Source: Octopus vulgaris
Lineage: Eukaryota
Direction: 5' to 3'
DNA: 64,000 bases
Assembly: GCA_951406725.2 (NCBI GenBank)
Contig: OX597827.1
Coordinates: 83,762,001-83,826,000 of the forward strand
Shown here: positions 28,111 through 41,288 of the stretch, in pieces
Layout of the letters: the number at the start of each line of letters is the position of its first letter
Numbering within the stretch: position 1 is the first letter of the stretch
Translations under genes and position numbers: made by a program
Notes under the pieces: model-generated
Told to the model about the DNA's origin: nothing
What the model saw: the letters and a program-made list of their open reading frames with translations, nothing else
Database searches by the model: none

Positions 28111-30056
28111 TTATAAGCTTAAAGCCTATAGTCTATTACTGGGGCATATAAGCCCTTGATGGAAAAAAGTGGGTCTCAATATTAGAGTATTTTCTTTAGT
28201 CAGAATTGTCACTCATCACTGCTTCCACATTTGATGCAGAATATGTAGGAACACAAATATCTATGGATGTACACACAGACATATGTATATGTGTACATAC
28301 AGATGCGTGTGTGTGTGTGTGTCTATGTGTGTATGTATGCATCAATGTACATAGACACACACACACACACACAGAGCACACACATATACATGTATGTATG
28401 TACTGAAGTTTTTGTACAACAGTATGATGTGTATAAGATAGGGGAGTGTATAATGAGAGAAAATAAAAAACAATCTTGTGTAGAAGTGATACAATTACTT
28501 CTGACTAGCTGTGATATACCCCAGAGGAAAGTTAGGTTGATATACCCTGGGGGTAGCTGAAGTGAATCTAGGAATATATTTTGATGTCTACTTACTTGTC
28601 AGGTAGAATTAGTCAGTGTGATAGTGGGTATAAATGGATGGGTATCTCACAGGTAACGATACTGTTAATGGGGTGGGCGAAGGTAGGGGTGAAGATGATT
28701 GCAAGGGTGTTAGGGGTATTGATGATGGTAAGGTTAGTGGTGGTGGTTCAACGGTGTCACAGGTGCCATAGCTATTGTTGTTTGGTGTTAAATCCTCTCA
28801 TGGGACCCTCCTTACATGGGCAGCCCCCCACTCCCAGTACCAACCAGCTGACTGCACCACTGACAACAATTTTAACATCTCATTAATTAATGTAGTTTTT
28901 AGCACAATCTTTATTAATGATGAAATTATTGACTGATTGCCAGTGGTGACACTGACGCTCACCCCCCCCCCCCCACACACACATGTGCGTATTGACACGG
29001 TTGCTTCTGAATGGCTGTGCTATACCGCAGGGTTTATCCGTGGGGTATATCACAACTATGATACCCTCCGAGGGTAGTTGAAGCTAGTTTAATTTACTCA
29101 AGTGGTAACCAAAGTTCTGTTTATATATCCCTGGAGTATATAAACCAACTCCTGTGTTTGTGTGTTTGCACTTACATCTACCTACCCTACTCTCACTCTG
29201 TCTAATTACCTACCTACCTACCTGTCAGTCTATCTATTCAGTCCTCACTCTTCTGTGGATACATTTTAGGGCAATGAAGGAATTCTGTAGCCTTAGTAGG
29301 GTCAGGTCACCTCCCTAAAACTAGTGCCAAAATAAAACCCATCAAAGGACACTGTGAAGTGGTCAGAGATAGGAAGGACATGTCTAGCAGTGCATAGGAA
29401 GGATATGGCCAGTGGTACATAGGAAGAACATGGTCAAAATGAAACAAATGAATGGTTGGTTTCTGACTAAAATCTAGTCATGAAATATTGTTGTATAAGA
29501 AGTGAGCTGTCCAGGCCATGGCAACATGGGAAGCAGATGCTAAATTGTGATGATAATGATGATGACAACAATGACGATGATGACAATATATTTGTATATG
29601 CAAATATGGATATATGCTTGTGTGTGTTTGTATATATGCATGGTATAAAATGACATAAGCCATCAAGCTAGCTGGCAGCAAACATTGGCCCTGTGCCACC
29701 AAAGGTTCATTCACATAAATTCTTCAATGGTTCATGGTTCTCCAATATTACCAACAATCTACGCAACATTCCCTACAACTTCCTCCCCCACTTCTCTCTC
29801 TTCACACAAATATCATCATCATCATCATCATCATTGTTTTAATGTCTACTTTTCTATGTTTGCATGGGTTTGTTGGAATTAACTGAGGCAGATTTCCTTT
29901 AGCCAAATGCCCTTCCCACCCCCAATCCTCACCAGTTTCCATACAAGGTAATATTTCCCAATGGCCACATTCTCACAAATTCTGGGAAACGACACTGCTT
30001 GTATGACACTGACACTCGTTTACAACAATCATGCGATGTCAAGACACACACACACT

Positions 30057-30380
30057 GGCACTCTGTTGGTTATGATGATAAATGCTCCAGCTGATCCAGT
30101 CAGAGAACAGCCTGCTTGTGAAATTCATGTGCAAGTGGCTGAGCACTCCACAGACACATGTACCCCTAACGTAGTTCTCAGGGAGATTCAGCCATCACAC
30201 AGAATAAGACAAGCCTGGCCCCTTGTGAATTACAGGTACCACTCATTATTGCCAGCTGAGTGGACTGGAGCAATGTGAAATAAAGTGTCTTGCTTAAGGA
30301 CACAATGCACTGTTGGGAATAGAACTCAAAGCCTTACAACCGTGAACCAAATATCCCTAACCACTCAGCCACATTGCCTT
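30057..30380 (-). mobile_element. tRNA-derived SINE
   Basis: Minus strand has A box TGGCTGAGTGG, B box GAGTTCTATTCCC and CCTTAAGCAAGACACTTTATTTCAC, as in the 9874 copy. Confidence 0.75.
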
Positions 30381-31832
30381 CAGACTCACACACGCACATA
30401 TTATTGTAGAAGACAGTCGTCCAAGTTGTCCCACAATGGAACTGATATCTGATATGGATGTGGGTATTTTGATCCCTGAATGTTTTTAATTAATCCTGAA
30501 AGTCTGCTTATAAGATGTTTTATACAGCTTCATAACAGAAATACTGTACATTACAGTTGTGTGGTACCCTGGGGGTAGCCCCTGTGGGGTATAACATAGG
30601 GGTACATTGAGGGAATACAACTGAAACAGTGGCTTTGGAGGAGCTGTGGTAGGTTCAAATATACACTCCCTATTAGACATAGCCTTATATATACCCTTAC
30701 CCTCACCCACACCACATAATGTATACATACATGTATTATATACACACATGACATATACACTCACATACCAAGTAGATATATATACACACACACACATGTA
30801 TTAGTGATATAAGCACAAACAACAAATGTACATACATAAGTATGCACACACACATAAATATACATACACACATACATGCATGTATGTACACTGTCATACA
30901 CATACACAAATATATATATATGGATATATACACACCCACACACATGTATATACACCAACTGTCACCCCTGTTTAGAAAGAGGGAAGTTTCACTTCAAACA
31001 TCTTTGTCTATTTAGAGAAGGTGGTGGTGTGGGCAGGAAGGTGTCTTGTTATGGGTTGGTGTTGTATAGGGTGTGCAGTGTGTATAGAGTGTGTATATAC
31101 CTTCATCACATTCCATGTATGTTTATGTCTTTTTAAGAATGTTTATGTATGTGTCTATGTTTATCAGAGACTTCATAGTCTCTCCCCACCTCTCTCTCTC
31201 TCTCTCTACATACACTCACATATAATATATATACGCACAGATATATATACATATATATGAAAGCACACACACACATGTATATCATGCAAAGTAAAACTGA
31301 AAATGGTTAAAAGAAAGTAACACAAAAAGAACACAATACAATGATATATATATATATATGTATATACATATATACTGTATATATATATATATGTATGTGT
31401 GTGTATGAATGTGCATGTGTACATATGTATGTGTGCGTATGTATATATATGTTTTTGTTTATATAGGTATGTTTATCTATGGCTGCATATGTAATGTGGA
31501 TATCTATATATATATGTGTCTGTGTGTATGCGTACATATGAGAATGTTTATGCTTGGAACACAATGTGGAATAGTCTATTATTATGATAGGAGTGGCAGG
31601 GTGTAAGAAAAATAACAGACAGTAAAGTTGTTCCCTTTCATGACACATCTCTTGACCTTTACATAGTTTGGAGATGGTGGTGATGGATGGAAGGGGGGCA
31701 ACACCCTACAGTCAGGGGTGGAGATGGGTTCTCTCCACTTTTATTCACTCTCTCTGTAAATATTTATATCTATTTAATATCACTCACTCACTTTCTCTTG
31801 CTGTCTTCTGTCTAGCTATCTGTATGTATGTA

Positions 31833-31874
<42 letters not shown>

Positions 31875-31891
31875 CATATATATATATATGA

Positions 31892-31931
<40 letters not shown>

Positions 31932-32146
31932 ATGTGTGTATCATGTCTCATGAAGTCCAAGGGACTACAAAGTACTCCAAAATACCCCAAACAACAGCAC
32001 TGGTACTCTCATACATCTCCTACAGACACTGCCCTGGAATCCTCAAAGTATTAGCGAGTCAACCGCAGGACTAATGCTCCATGGAGGGCCTTGGGAAGGC
32101 CCAGCCTCAATTGACTATGTGTGTGATATCCTAGTTTAATGTAGAG

Positions 32147-32480
32147 CAGTGTGTCTCAACCAGAGGCCATATGGTCCCTGAGCGTCCATATAAGATTGGG
32201 GAGGGGTCCACACAACAAAATAGTAAATTGGTGATCCACAATAGTATTTTAAGGGCCCCTGCAAAAACCTTTTGCTTTGGATGTATGTATTGCAAGAAGC
32301 AGCTGGGTGTTTAACGTTTTACATGGTTGCGGCCAACACAATGTGTGAAAAAACAAAACAGAAATTTTGAGAGAAAGTTCTTATAAAACTAGATTTCAAA
32401 CATCGAATGGCTTTGGGGGTTCACCAGAATCAAATAATAATCAAAGGGGTCCATAGATTGAAAATGGTTGAGAACCCTTG
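32147..32480. mobile_element. hAT-type (Charlie-like) MITE
   Basis: TIRs CAGTGTGTCTCAACC / GGTTGAGAACCCTTG, with flanking 8-mers ATGTAGAG (32139-32146) and GTGTAGAG (32481-32488) matching at 7/8. Confidence 0.85.
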
Positions 32481-32944
32481 GTGTAGAGGATCAAGTAGTT
32501 TAAGGTGTGGTGGCCACTACAATGTGAAGGGCTCTGCCGACAGTGTATAAGAACGTCTGGTGTTCTAGGGTTCATGATGTTACTTTGAACAGGTCCAGAT
32601 GTCAAGGAGCTCCATTCAGTTGGGTCAATTGGGGAAGGAAGGGTCCTTCAGCTTGTCTGGCTTCACTTAGCAAACTGATAGGGGACACATAGGGTCACTC
32701 TACCTGCTGGAAATAGAAGCCACAAACAATACAATACATTGCTGGCCAGACCAGACGCCACTGTAAGTGCAGAACAGATTTTTTATTGTTTTAATGATTT
32801 CAGTTGTAGGACTGTGGCCATACTGGAGCACCACCATAACTTATTTTCTATTGGTTTTGTTGTCATTTTATGCTGTAAGTTGGTCTATGATTGAGCTTGT
32901 ATCAGCTGACCATCCCACAGTCTAGTCTTGAATTCTTGGCTCTT

Positions 32945-33470
32945 CTGCTGTCGTCGTTAGGAGTTTATTATTCAATGTCTTCTCTTTAATGTTTCGGTAG
33001 AGGGTCCCCTTATGCTTCTGATTTCTTTAGGCAAGCAGTTGAACAGCAGAGGACCCCTAAATGTCAAACTTGTACAATAGAGTGTTTTGTTGTGATTATT
33101 TCAAATGTGGCATATTTGGAAGCGGACAGTATCTGCCAGTCTATACATTAAAGATCTCCCTGGTGCCAAAGTTTGGAGCATGCCCCCTCTAGAATTTTCC
33201 GTATGTGTATGATAGTATATCTATCTCTTAGGCATCCAGGAGAGTAGAGATGAGGAGCTTTCAGGCGTCCCCAGTAATGAAGGCTTTTAACCAAAGATAT
33301 TTTACTGGTAAATGTTCTTTGTAAGTCTTCAACCTCTTCTATGAGACTGGATGAGTTAGGAGACCAAAGCTGTGGTCAGGGATCTAATCTGCTCAGAACT
33401 AGGGTTTTACACAGAGTTAGCATAATTACCAGTTCTCTTGTCACAAAGGTTTGTAAGATCCATTCTAAAA
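32945..33470 (-). pseudogene. Decayed CR1-type LINE 3' fragment
   Basis: With frameshifts the minus strand reads ..SRLD..QLWSP..IEEVEDLQRTFTSKI..LHYW..RDRYTIIHIRKILEG..PNFG, typical of the CR1/L2 RT C-terminus. Confidence 0.7.
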
Positions 33471-33736
33471 TTTTGATTAAAGGTTTGCTCAATAAGAACA
33501 GACCTTGGAGTTAAACAACAACAACAGCATAATTCATTGAAATTTGTTGTTGTTGCTTTTGTGTTTCAGGGTGTGAAGCGAATTTCTATTGTGATGACTT
33601 GATTCAGCAGAAACTGGCAGCTTCTGAATGTTAATGATGCAGCTGTACCAATTCTCTGTGATGGGGGTCTATGACTTGTCCATGCAGCATGAACCATCAA
33701 TGCTGCTTGGCAATGCTAGAAGGGGGCAGTACTGTA

Positions 33737-33788
<52 letters not shown>

Positions 33789-33834
33789 CCTCTTTCTTTC
33801 ATTTGTCTACTCACCTATTTACGTCGCCGTCGTC

Positions 33835-34447
33835 ATTATCATCATCATCATCATTTAACATTTGTTTTCTTCCATGCTGGCATGAATAGGACGGTTGAAC
33901 AAGATCCAGCAAGCAGCAGGACTGCATCAAACTCCATTGTCAGCTTTGGTAGGATTTCTGCAGCTAGATACCCTTCCTAACATCATCCACTTTACAATGT
34001 CTATTGGATGCAATTCTTGTGACACTGGCACCAGTAATGTCACTAGTGCCAGTGTCACACGTAAGTTACAAGACAAGAAAAGAAAAGGGAATACCTCACT
34101 TGACTAAGTAGGAAGAGTATTTGAGAAGAAGGGAAGGTGTCTTTATGCCAAGTGCTCAGAGGCTAAAGTAGAAGAGAAACAAACACAGTTGTCTACCTTC
34201 AGAGGATATGCATGGCAACCCAACATTATATAAGGGTGGCTGGGAGTAACAGGGAAGGAGTTAAAGAGGGTGGTGCTGGGGTGCCACAATAAATGGTCAA
34301 GATACCAGCACAAGGTGTGCACAAGAAAGGATATGGATGGTGGATTGGACGGGAGTAGAGAGGGTAGTTCTATAAGAGTGTAAGAGGATAGATAAGGGCA
34401 GAGAAGGGTGGGGTGTGTGGTTGATGGGGAAGATCAGGATGGACAGA

Positions 34448-34518
<71 letters not shown>

Positions 34519-35288
34519 CGAGAGAGAGAGAAAGAGAAAGAGAGAGAAGTGGCTCCAGGTTGACAGATCAGGAAGTAGATATGGAAACATTCTTTATAGA
34601 ATGAGTAATCATGGGTAGCAGGAAACCAGTAGAGACCCTCTTGGCTAGGAACCAAATAAAAGTGTACAACTTGGGATGTCAGAGATGTTGTATCTCCACC
34701 CTACAGTATAATCTTTACTACTCCTCATACTTACTGCCACTCCACCCCTACTCTTTTGCATCTCTCTCTCTCTCTCTACCTCATCTCATTTCTCTTGCCT
34801 CATCCTCACCAACCCTACCTACTCTGTGCCCCACCCATTCACCTTCCATTACCCACATATTTCATTCAGCTCCTGTCCCCAGGAGCAACCTGACCACCTT
34901 ATCACCATTATCCAAGTCTTGCACCTCTTACTCATCATCTTCTCTCTCCATCCCCCTTTTTTTTACCCCTGTACTAGATGTGAATGACCACAAATCTGTG
35001 TGCAGGAACCTTCTCTGCTCACCACCTCTAATAGCAACCCCCTCATCCCCTAGCATGAAACTGAACTCCCCACCACCTACCTCAAACTGCATGGCGACCT
35101 CCCTAGTGCTGGTGCCATGGAAAAAGCACCCAGTTCATGCTACAAAGGGGTTGGGGTTAGGAAGGACACCAAACCATACTAAAGCAGACCCTGGATCACA
35201 ATGCAGTCCTTGGACCCACTGGTTCCTGTCAAAGTGTCCAACCCATACCAGCAGGGAACATTGATGTTTGATTGAAGGTGATGATGAT
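33835..35288. mobile_element. Two decayed RTE 3'UTR-type copies in opposite orientation (about 33835-34330 minus, 34550-35288 plus) around a (GA)n tract
   Basis: Both carry decayed versions of the GGAAGGGCATCCAGCTG/CCAACCCATGCCAGCA/(GAT)n tail motifs. Confidence 0.55.
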
Positions 35289-37102
35289 TAATGAATGATT
35301 GAATAACTAACACCTTCAGGCAGTAATGGGTTCGTCATTGTTTACAAAACCTAAACAAATAAACTTGGTTGCAGCGATAAGGCTTGAACCCTGAATGAAA
35401 GTATTGCTAATAAACCCCCAACTATAGCATCATGCTGCTAACACTGTCACTCCACCCCTCGTCACTATCCAATCTATGTGGGGGGGCATATTGTTCTTTT
35501 ATCTCCACACAAACCTTCAATAGATCCAATTCTAATCCAAGCAATCCGATATTGGACTCCAACCAAACTACAATCACAGCCAGTCTTTATTTTCACCACT
35601 GATTCTTCACAATAACACACACACACACACTAAAATATGTTTTTATACATACCTACACAGTATAGAGCCATTCCAAACACACCTGTATATACACAGACAC
35701 ACACACACAGGAACACATTTGTGCTCACACACAGCCATGCCTAGACACACATAAAACCATTGCTCCACCTTTTGTTTTGCATTATCACCTTCATCTCTCT
35801 ATCACATTCTTTCATATAAAACACCCATATGTATACGTGTGGTGTTTGTAGATGTACAGATATACACACACACACACACACACATATAGAGATAAGGGAT
35901 ATATGCAGATATGTGCGCACACACACACACAAACACATATATAGTATATACATACACATATATGGCAACACAAGTGCAGATATACTCTCTCTCTCTCTCT
36001 CCATACACACACACACACACACACATACATATATATGTTACACCACGCTACAATATATATACACACTGTAAACTACACACTATAATATAGATGCTACACA
36101 ACACACACATATATATAAATACATATACACACGTATATATATATTATACACTCTCCCCCACCCCCATTATATACCATAAAGTCATTGTCTTCAATACAGT
36201 TCATAATCTCTAACCCTGCATATAATGATAACCATTGTTCATATAGCCTCTAACACCATTTCAGTCTAAACACCACCACCACTACCACCATTACCATTGT
36301 TGGTTTTTGATATGCAAAAATAAAGATGGTCATGGCTGGAACGTCTTTGATTGTAGGTCTGCAGGGCCAAGACTAGCTTGGGGCTAAACACCACCACATA
36401 TCCCTCACCTCACCCATTCTCCTCCACATGTACACTCAGCACTGAGCACTTCTTTCCTCTCTTTTCAGATATCAACACCAACACCATCTAATTCCATAGC
36501 CTATATACATACATACATATATATATATACATACATACACACACACACACATATATATATACATACATACACATAGATATACACACACAGCTATCTCCCT
36601 CTCTCTTTATATATATGTATCCATCCTCCTCTGGCCGCCCGCAATGTATGCCACATCCAGGAAGCCATAGAACAGACCAAACAAAAGAAGCCATTTACTA
36701 GGATCAGTGATCTTGCTGAGCTAAAGTCTGAAAAGAATCTATTGTTGAATGGTCTGCCTTCACCTCTCACTCCCCCACCCTACTGACCAATATTGGAACC
36801 TGAAGGTATGGGGTGGGGCTGACGTGGTGTGGGGGAGAGGTTAATGAATAACGAATTCCTTGATATTGTCTTATAGGTAGAAGGAATACATGTGTGTATG
36901 TGTATCTGTATGCATATGTGTGTGTATGTATGTATATATATACATGTATTTGTGTATATGTATATGTGTTTGTATATATATATATACATACACACATGTA
37001 TGTATATATGTATGTGTGTATATATGCACACACATACATATATACATACATACACATCTATGTCTATATCTAACTATATCTATCACACTCTCTCTCTGTA
37101 TA

Positions 37103-37259
37103 GGTGCAAGAGTGGCTGTGTGGTATGCAGCTTACCTCCCAATCACATGGTTCTGGGTTCAGTCCCACTGCGTGCTACCTTGGGCAAGTGTCTTCTACTA
37201 CAGTCTTAGGCTGACTGAAGCCTTGTGATTGGATTTGGTTGATAGAACTGAAAGACTTC

Positions 37260-37351
<92 letters not shown>

Positions 37352-37464
37352 ATATGTATGTATTTGTGTGTCTGTGTTATCCCTCTGTCATCACTTGACA
37401 CTAATGTTGGTGTGTTAACGTCCCCATAACTTAGCAGTTTGGCAAAAGAGACCCATAGAATAAG
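37103..37464 (+). mobile_element. Bipartite tRNA-like SINE, tail truncated
   Basis: Homologous to 38301-38697. Confidence 0.75.
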
Positions 37465-37672
37465 CTGCTGCTGCTGCCACTGCCACCGCCACCACCACTA
37501 CCCATTCTGCAGACTTTGTGTTTTGCTGTTATTCATTCAGATTACCAGGGATCCATGCTCACCTCATTTCTTTCCAGCCTCAGCACATTTACCTTATTCT
37601 GATAAAAAAGTTAGGAATAAATCAGAGAGAAGGATAATAAGACTACAAGGCATACATAAAATGTAAATAGGC

Positions 37673-37705
<33 letters not shown>

Positions 37706-37987
37706 AGAGGAAGAGAGAAAGTATTAAGAAAGAAGTGAATACAATAAGCTTTATGGAGAAAGGTAGCATGTATCAGAGAGAAGTGCAAAAATGAATAACT
37801 GTGTTGGTTGACAGAATGGAGATAGAATAGTAGTGGAACCCTACTTGGAGAAACTAAGAGCAGAAAGATTGGAAGAAAGTATAATTAAAGGGGGTGGTGT
37901 GTAAAATGAATAATGAAAAGTAGGATTTATAGTGTGGAGAGAGGGAGAAAGAGAAAGGCAGACAGCAGAGGGAGTGATGGATATGTA

Positions 37988-38207
37988 TACAAAGGGATGC
38001 TGGAAAGTTCCTGGCGTTGGGTAAAAAAAATACAGGAGGATCAGTTAATTATGATCTTATTCAACGTATTCCTCTCTCAGATTCACACACTCATTGTAGC
38101 AGTCCTTCAGTTTTTCTAAGCCCTGTCAAAGAACTTGGGAGATGGAGCCTCCAACCAGGCCTTTCTTGAAACTCTTAAAGCTAGGAACTTTTCAGCACCC
38201 CTCATGT
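37988..38207. mobile_element. Mariner-type MITE
   Basis: Imperfect TIRs AGGGATGCTGGAAAGTTCCTGGC / GCTAGGAACTTTTCAGCACCCCT in a TA context; no coding capacity. Confidence 0.7.
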
Positions 38208-38300
38208 ATATATGTGTGTGTGTTTATATATATATGTACACACACACACATATATATATACAGGGTAATTGAAAAGTAACTCCCTATTTTAAATATAGAT

Positions 38301-38697
38301 TTACTCTTTTACTTGTTTCAGTCATTTGACTGCGGCCTTGCTGGAGCACTGCCTTTAGTCAAGGAAATCGACTGCAGGAGTTATTCTTTGTAAGCCTAGT
38401 ACTTATTCTATTGGTCTCTTTTGCTGAACTGCCAAGTTACGGGGGCATAAACACACCAGCATCGGTTGTCAAGCAATGTTGGGGGAGACAAACACAGACA
38501 CATAAACCCACACAAATATATATATATATACATATATATGACGGGCTTCTTTCAGTTTCCGTCTATCAAATCCACTCACAAGGCTTTGGTCGGCCTGAGG
38601 CTATAGTAGAATTGCCCAAGGTGCCACGCAGTGGGACTGAACTCAGAATCATGTGGTTGGTAAGCAAGCTACTTACCACACAGCCGCCTCCTGCGCC
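38301..38697 (-). mobile_element. Full-length bipartite tRNA-like SINE (dominant family; other copies at about 4245, 12390, 16840, 38915, 46591, 47013, 48410, 48594, 59278)
   Basis: Head GGCGCAGGAGGCGGCTGTGTGGTAAG...GAGTTCAGTCCCACTGCGTGGCACCTTGGGCAA, internal (TA)n, tail ending CAGTCAAATGACTGAAACAAGTAAAAGAGTAA. Confidence 0.85.
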
Positions 38698-39149
38698 TAG
38701 ATTATTCATTAATTGTAAATTCTTTCTCAAAGTTTTTGTTTGATTTTTGAAGTATGAGAATTTAATCTGTAATCTATAATGGCTGAATGCTCCCTTCGCT
38801 GTGACATGGATGGGTCATCATGATACACATGAGCGGCCAGCCAAGAGTCCTGGCTTAATGCCCTGCAACTTCTTTCTTTGAGGGTGGTTAAAAGAACAAG
38901 TCTGCTGTATGAATACTTGGGCAAGTGTCTTCTGCTATAGCCTTGGGATGACCAAAGCCTTGAGAGTTGATTTGGTAGACAGAAACTGAAAGAAGCCCAT
39001 TGTATATACATATATATATAACGGGAAGCTTTATGAAAATAAACAAAAGACGAAGGCAGGTGGAATACAAACAAACAATTGTATTAGTATGGCGCTCAGG
39101 AATAGAAATAAAACAAGTCTATATATATATATATAGATAGATATAGATA

Positions 39150-39426
39150 TCATCATCATCATCGTTTAACGTCCGTTCTCCATGCTAGCATGGGTTGGAC
39201 GGTTCGACCGGGGATCTGGGAAGCCAGAAGGCTGCACCAGGCTCCAGTCTTATCTGGCAATGTTTCTACAGCTGGATGCCCTTCCTAACGCCAACCACTC
39301 CGTGAGTGTAGTGGGTGCTTTTTACGTGTCACCTGCACAGGTGCCAGGTGAGGCTGGCAAAGGCCACGGTCGGATTGGTGCATTTTACGTGCCACCGGCA
39401 CGGAAGCCAGTCGAGGCGGCGCTGGC

Positions 39427-39427
<1 letters not shown>
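39150..39427 (-). mobile_element. Young RTE 3' tail inserted in (TA)n
   Basis: CpG-rich; its first ~110 bp differ from 51203-51319 at about 2 positions. Confidence 0.8.
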
Positions 39428-39461
<34 letters not shown>

Positions 39462-41288
39462 TATATGTATATGTTTGTGTCTGTATTCCCCCCCCCAACC
39501 ATCGCTTGACAACTGATGTTGGTGTCTAACTAAAAGCGGTGCTCCAGTATGGCCGTAGTCAAATGACTGAAACAAATAAATGAGTAAAAGAATATATATA
39601 TATATATACATACAGAGGGAGAGAGAGAGAGAGAGGGAGAGAGAAAGAGAGGGATATTATTAGTGTGTCTGTACCTTTTGCCATTATATTAGGGTAAAAG
39701 AAATGAAAAAGTGTTAAAAGGGTAAAAGTGATGAAAAACTGCCAAGTGGACACTTCTCTCTCTCTCTCTCTTTCACACACACACACACTCTCTCTCTCTC
39801 ATACTCTCTATTTGTCTCTCTCTCCCTCTCTCTCTCTATCTCTCTCACTCACTCTCAGGAATCCTTTAAACTACATTTGCAACAGAAAACAAAACACAAA
39901 ACCAGCTGAGATGATGTTGAGCTCTTGAGCAATTCTCTCATCTCTTTTCTTACTTTTAAATCATTAAACTTCATAATTAAGTTATTTACTAAATTATTCT
40001 TTGAAGAGATAACAAAAAGTTGATCATTTCTCATTGAATATCTTTAATTTTAACAAACGATGCTAATCATCTATAATTAGGTGTGGAATAAATTAGCAAA
40101 TTAATAGCTAATTATAATTGATGTTAATTGTTAATGGTTTATAACCAGTTGTTGAGTGTAAGGAGGTTGAGGGGGGGGGTGGAACATTAATTGGGGGATC
40201 TTCATGACAGAAGAGTGAGGGTATACAATAAGGGCCTCAACATGCTTTGGAAACCCTTGTTCAGAAATAAGATATTTACAAATGAGACCTACAATGAAAT
40301 TGATGATGGTGGTGGTGGTGGTGGTGGTGGTGGTGGTGGTGGTGATGCTTCTGTTTTCACAATGACAAATATTGCTGCCATCCTTCTCATCATCATCATC
40401 ATGGCTTTTCACCCACCACCACCGCCACCACCGCCGCCACCACCACTGCCGCCGCCACCACCATCAGTACCACTATCAGCAGCAGTACCACCATTACCAC
40501 CACCACCACCTCAGACACAATGCACTAAAGCAAGGAGAGGTCAAGCAGGGTAAAAGGAAATGCTAAATGTGTAGACGGAGGTGGTGTTGGGGTGATAAAG
40601 GTCAATGGATGACCTTTAGTACAGACAAGAGTGTGGTTCTGTTGAAGATGCTTGGCTGGCTGGGTGGGGGCAGTGTTGGTTACCCCCAGGTTTATTGATC
40701 AGTTTCCACCCCTCCCTCAGCTGTTTCTGGGTGGAGCAGTCCTGTCTGTGTGTCTGTACTCAATACAGTCATGTTGCCATGTGCACTGTTGTTGCAAGTG
40801 TTGCATTAAATGTTAACGAGCGTTAAGTGCGTCTGTTTCCTAAAATGACAACTAATTGATCCTTTCCGACCAGCCAGCCTTCCCACAATGCAACTGCAGA
40901 CAGTTTCTCATTTTTCACAGGTTTTCCAATATTATTTCTCTGTTATTGGTTTCATGTGATTTATAGCCAACTCTTCAAGAATGGTAACAATGCCTTGCAG
41001 GAATGGCTGGCTGGACAAACAAGTCTGTGGTTCCAGGTTTGATTCCATTGTATGCCAGCAGGGGTCAAGGGGCTTCTACTGTAATCTTGTGTTGATCAAG
41101 GATTTTGGCATACAAAAGCGATGAGAAACACCTTCATTCCAGGTATACATATATGATATATAAGCATATATATATATATACATACATACATACACACACA
41201 TATATATATACACACACCCATACATATATGATACATATGCATATCCACATCCACATTTATATAATATATTTGCATATGCATATATATA

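Noticed and set aside
33570-33634. Plus-strand acceptor followed by CEANFYCDDLIQQKLAASEC*
   Set aside because: No partner exons or homology recognised; could be chance.
34611-35264. 217-aa Ser/Pro/Leu-rich ORF
   Set aside because: Low-complexity frame across a decayed retroelement 3'UTR.
36630-36786. Protein-like plus frame AARNVCHIQEAIEQTKQKKPF...
   Set aside because: No convincing start or splice acceptor, and no recognisable family.
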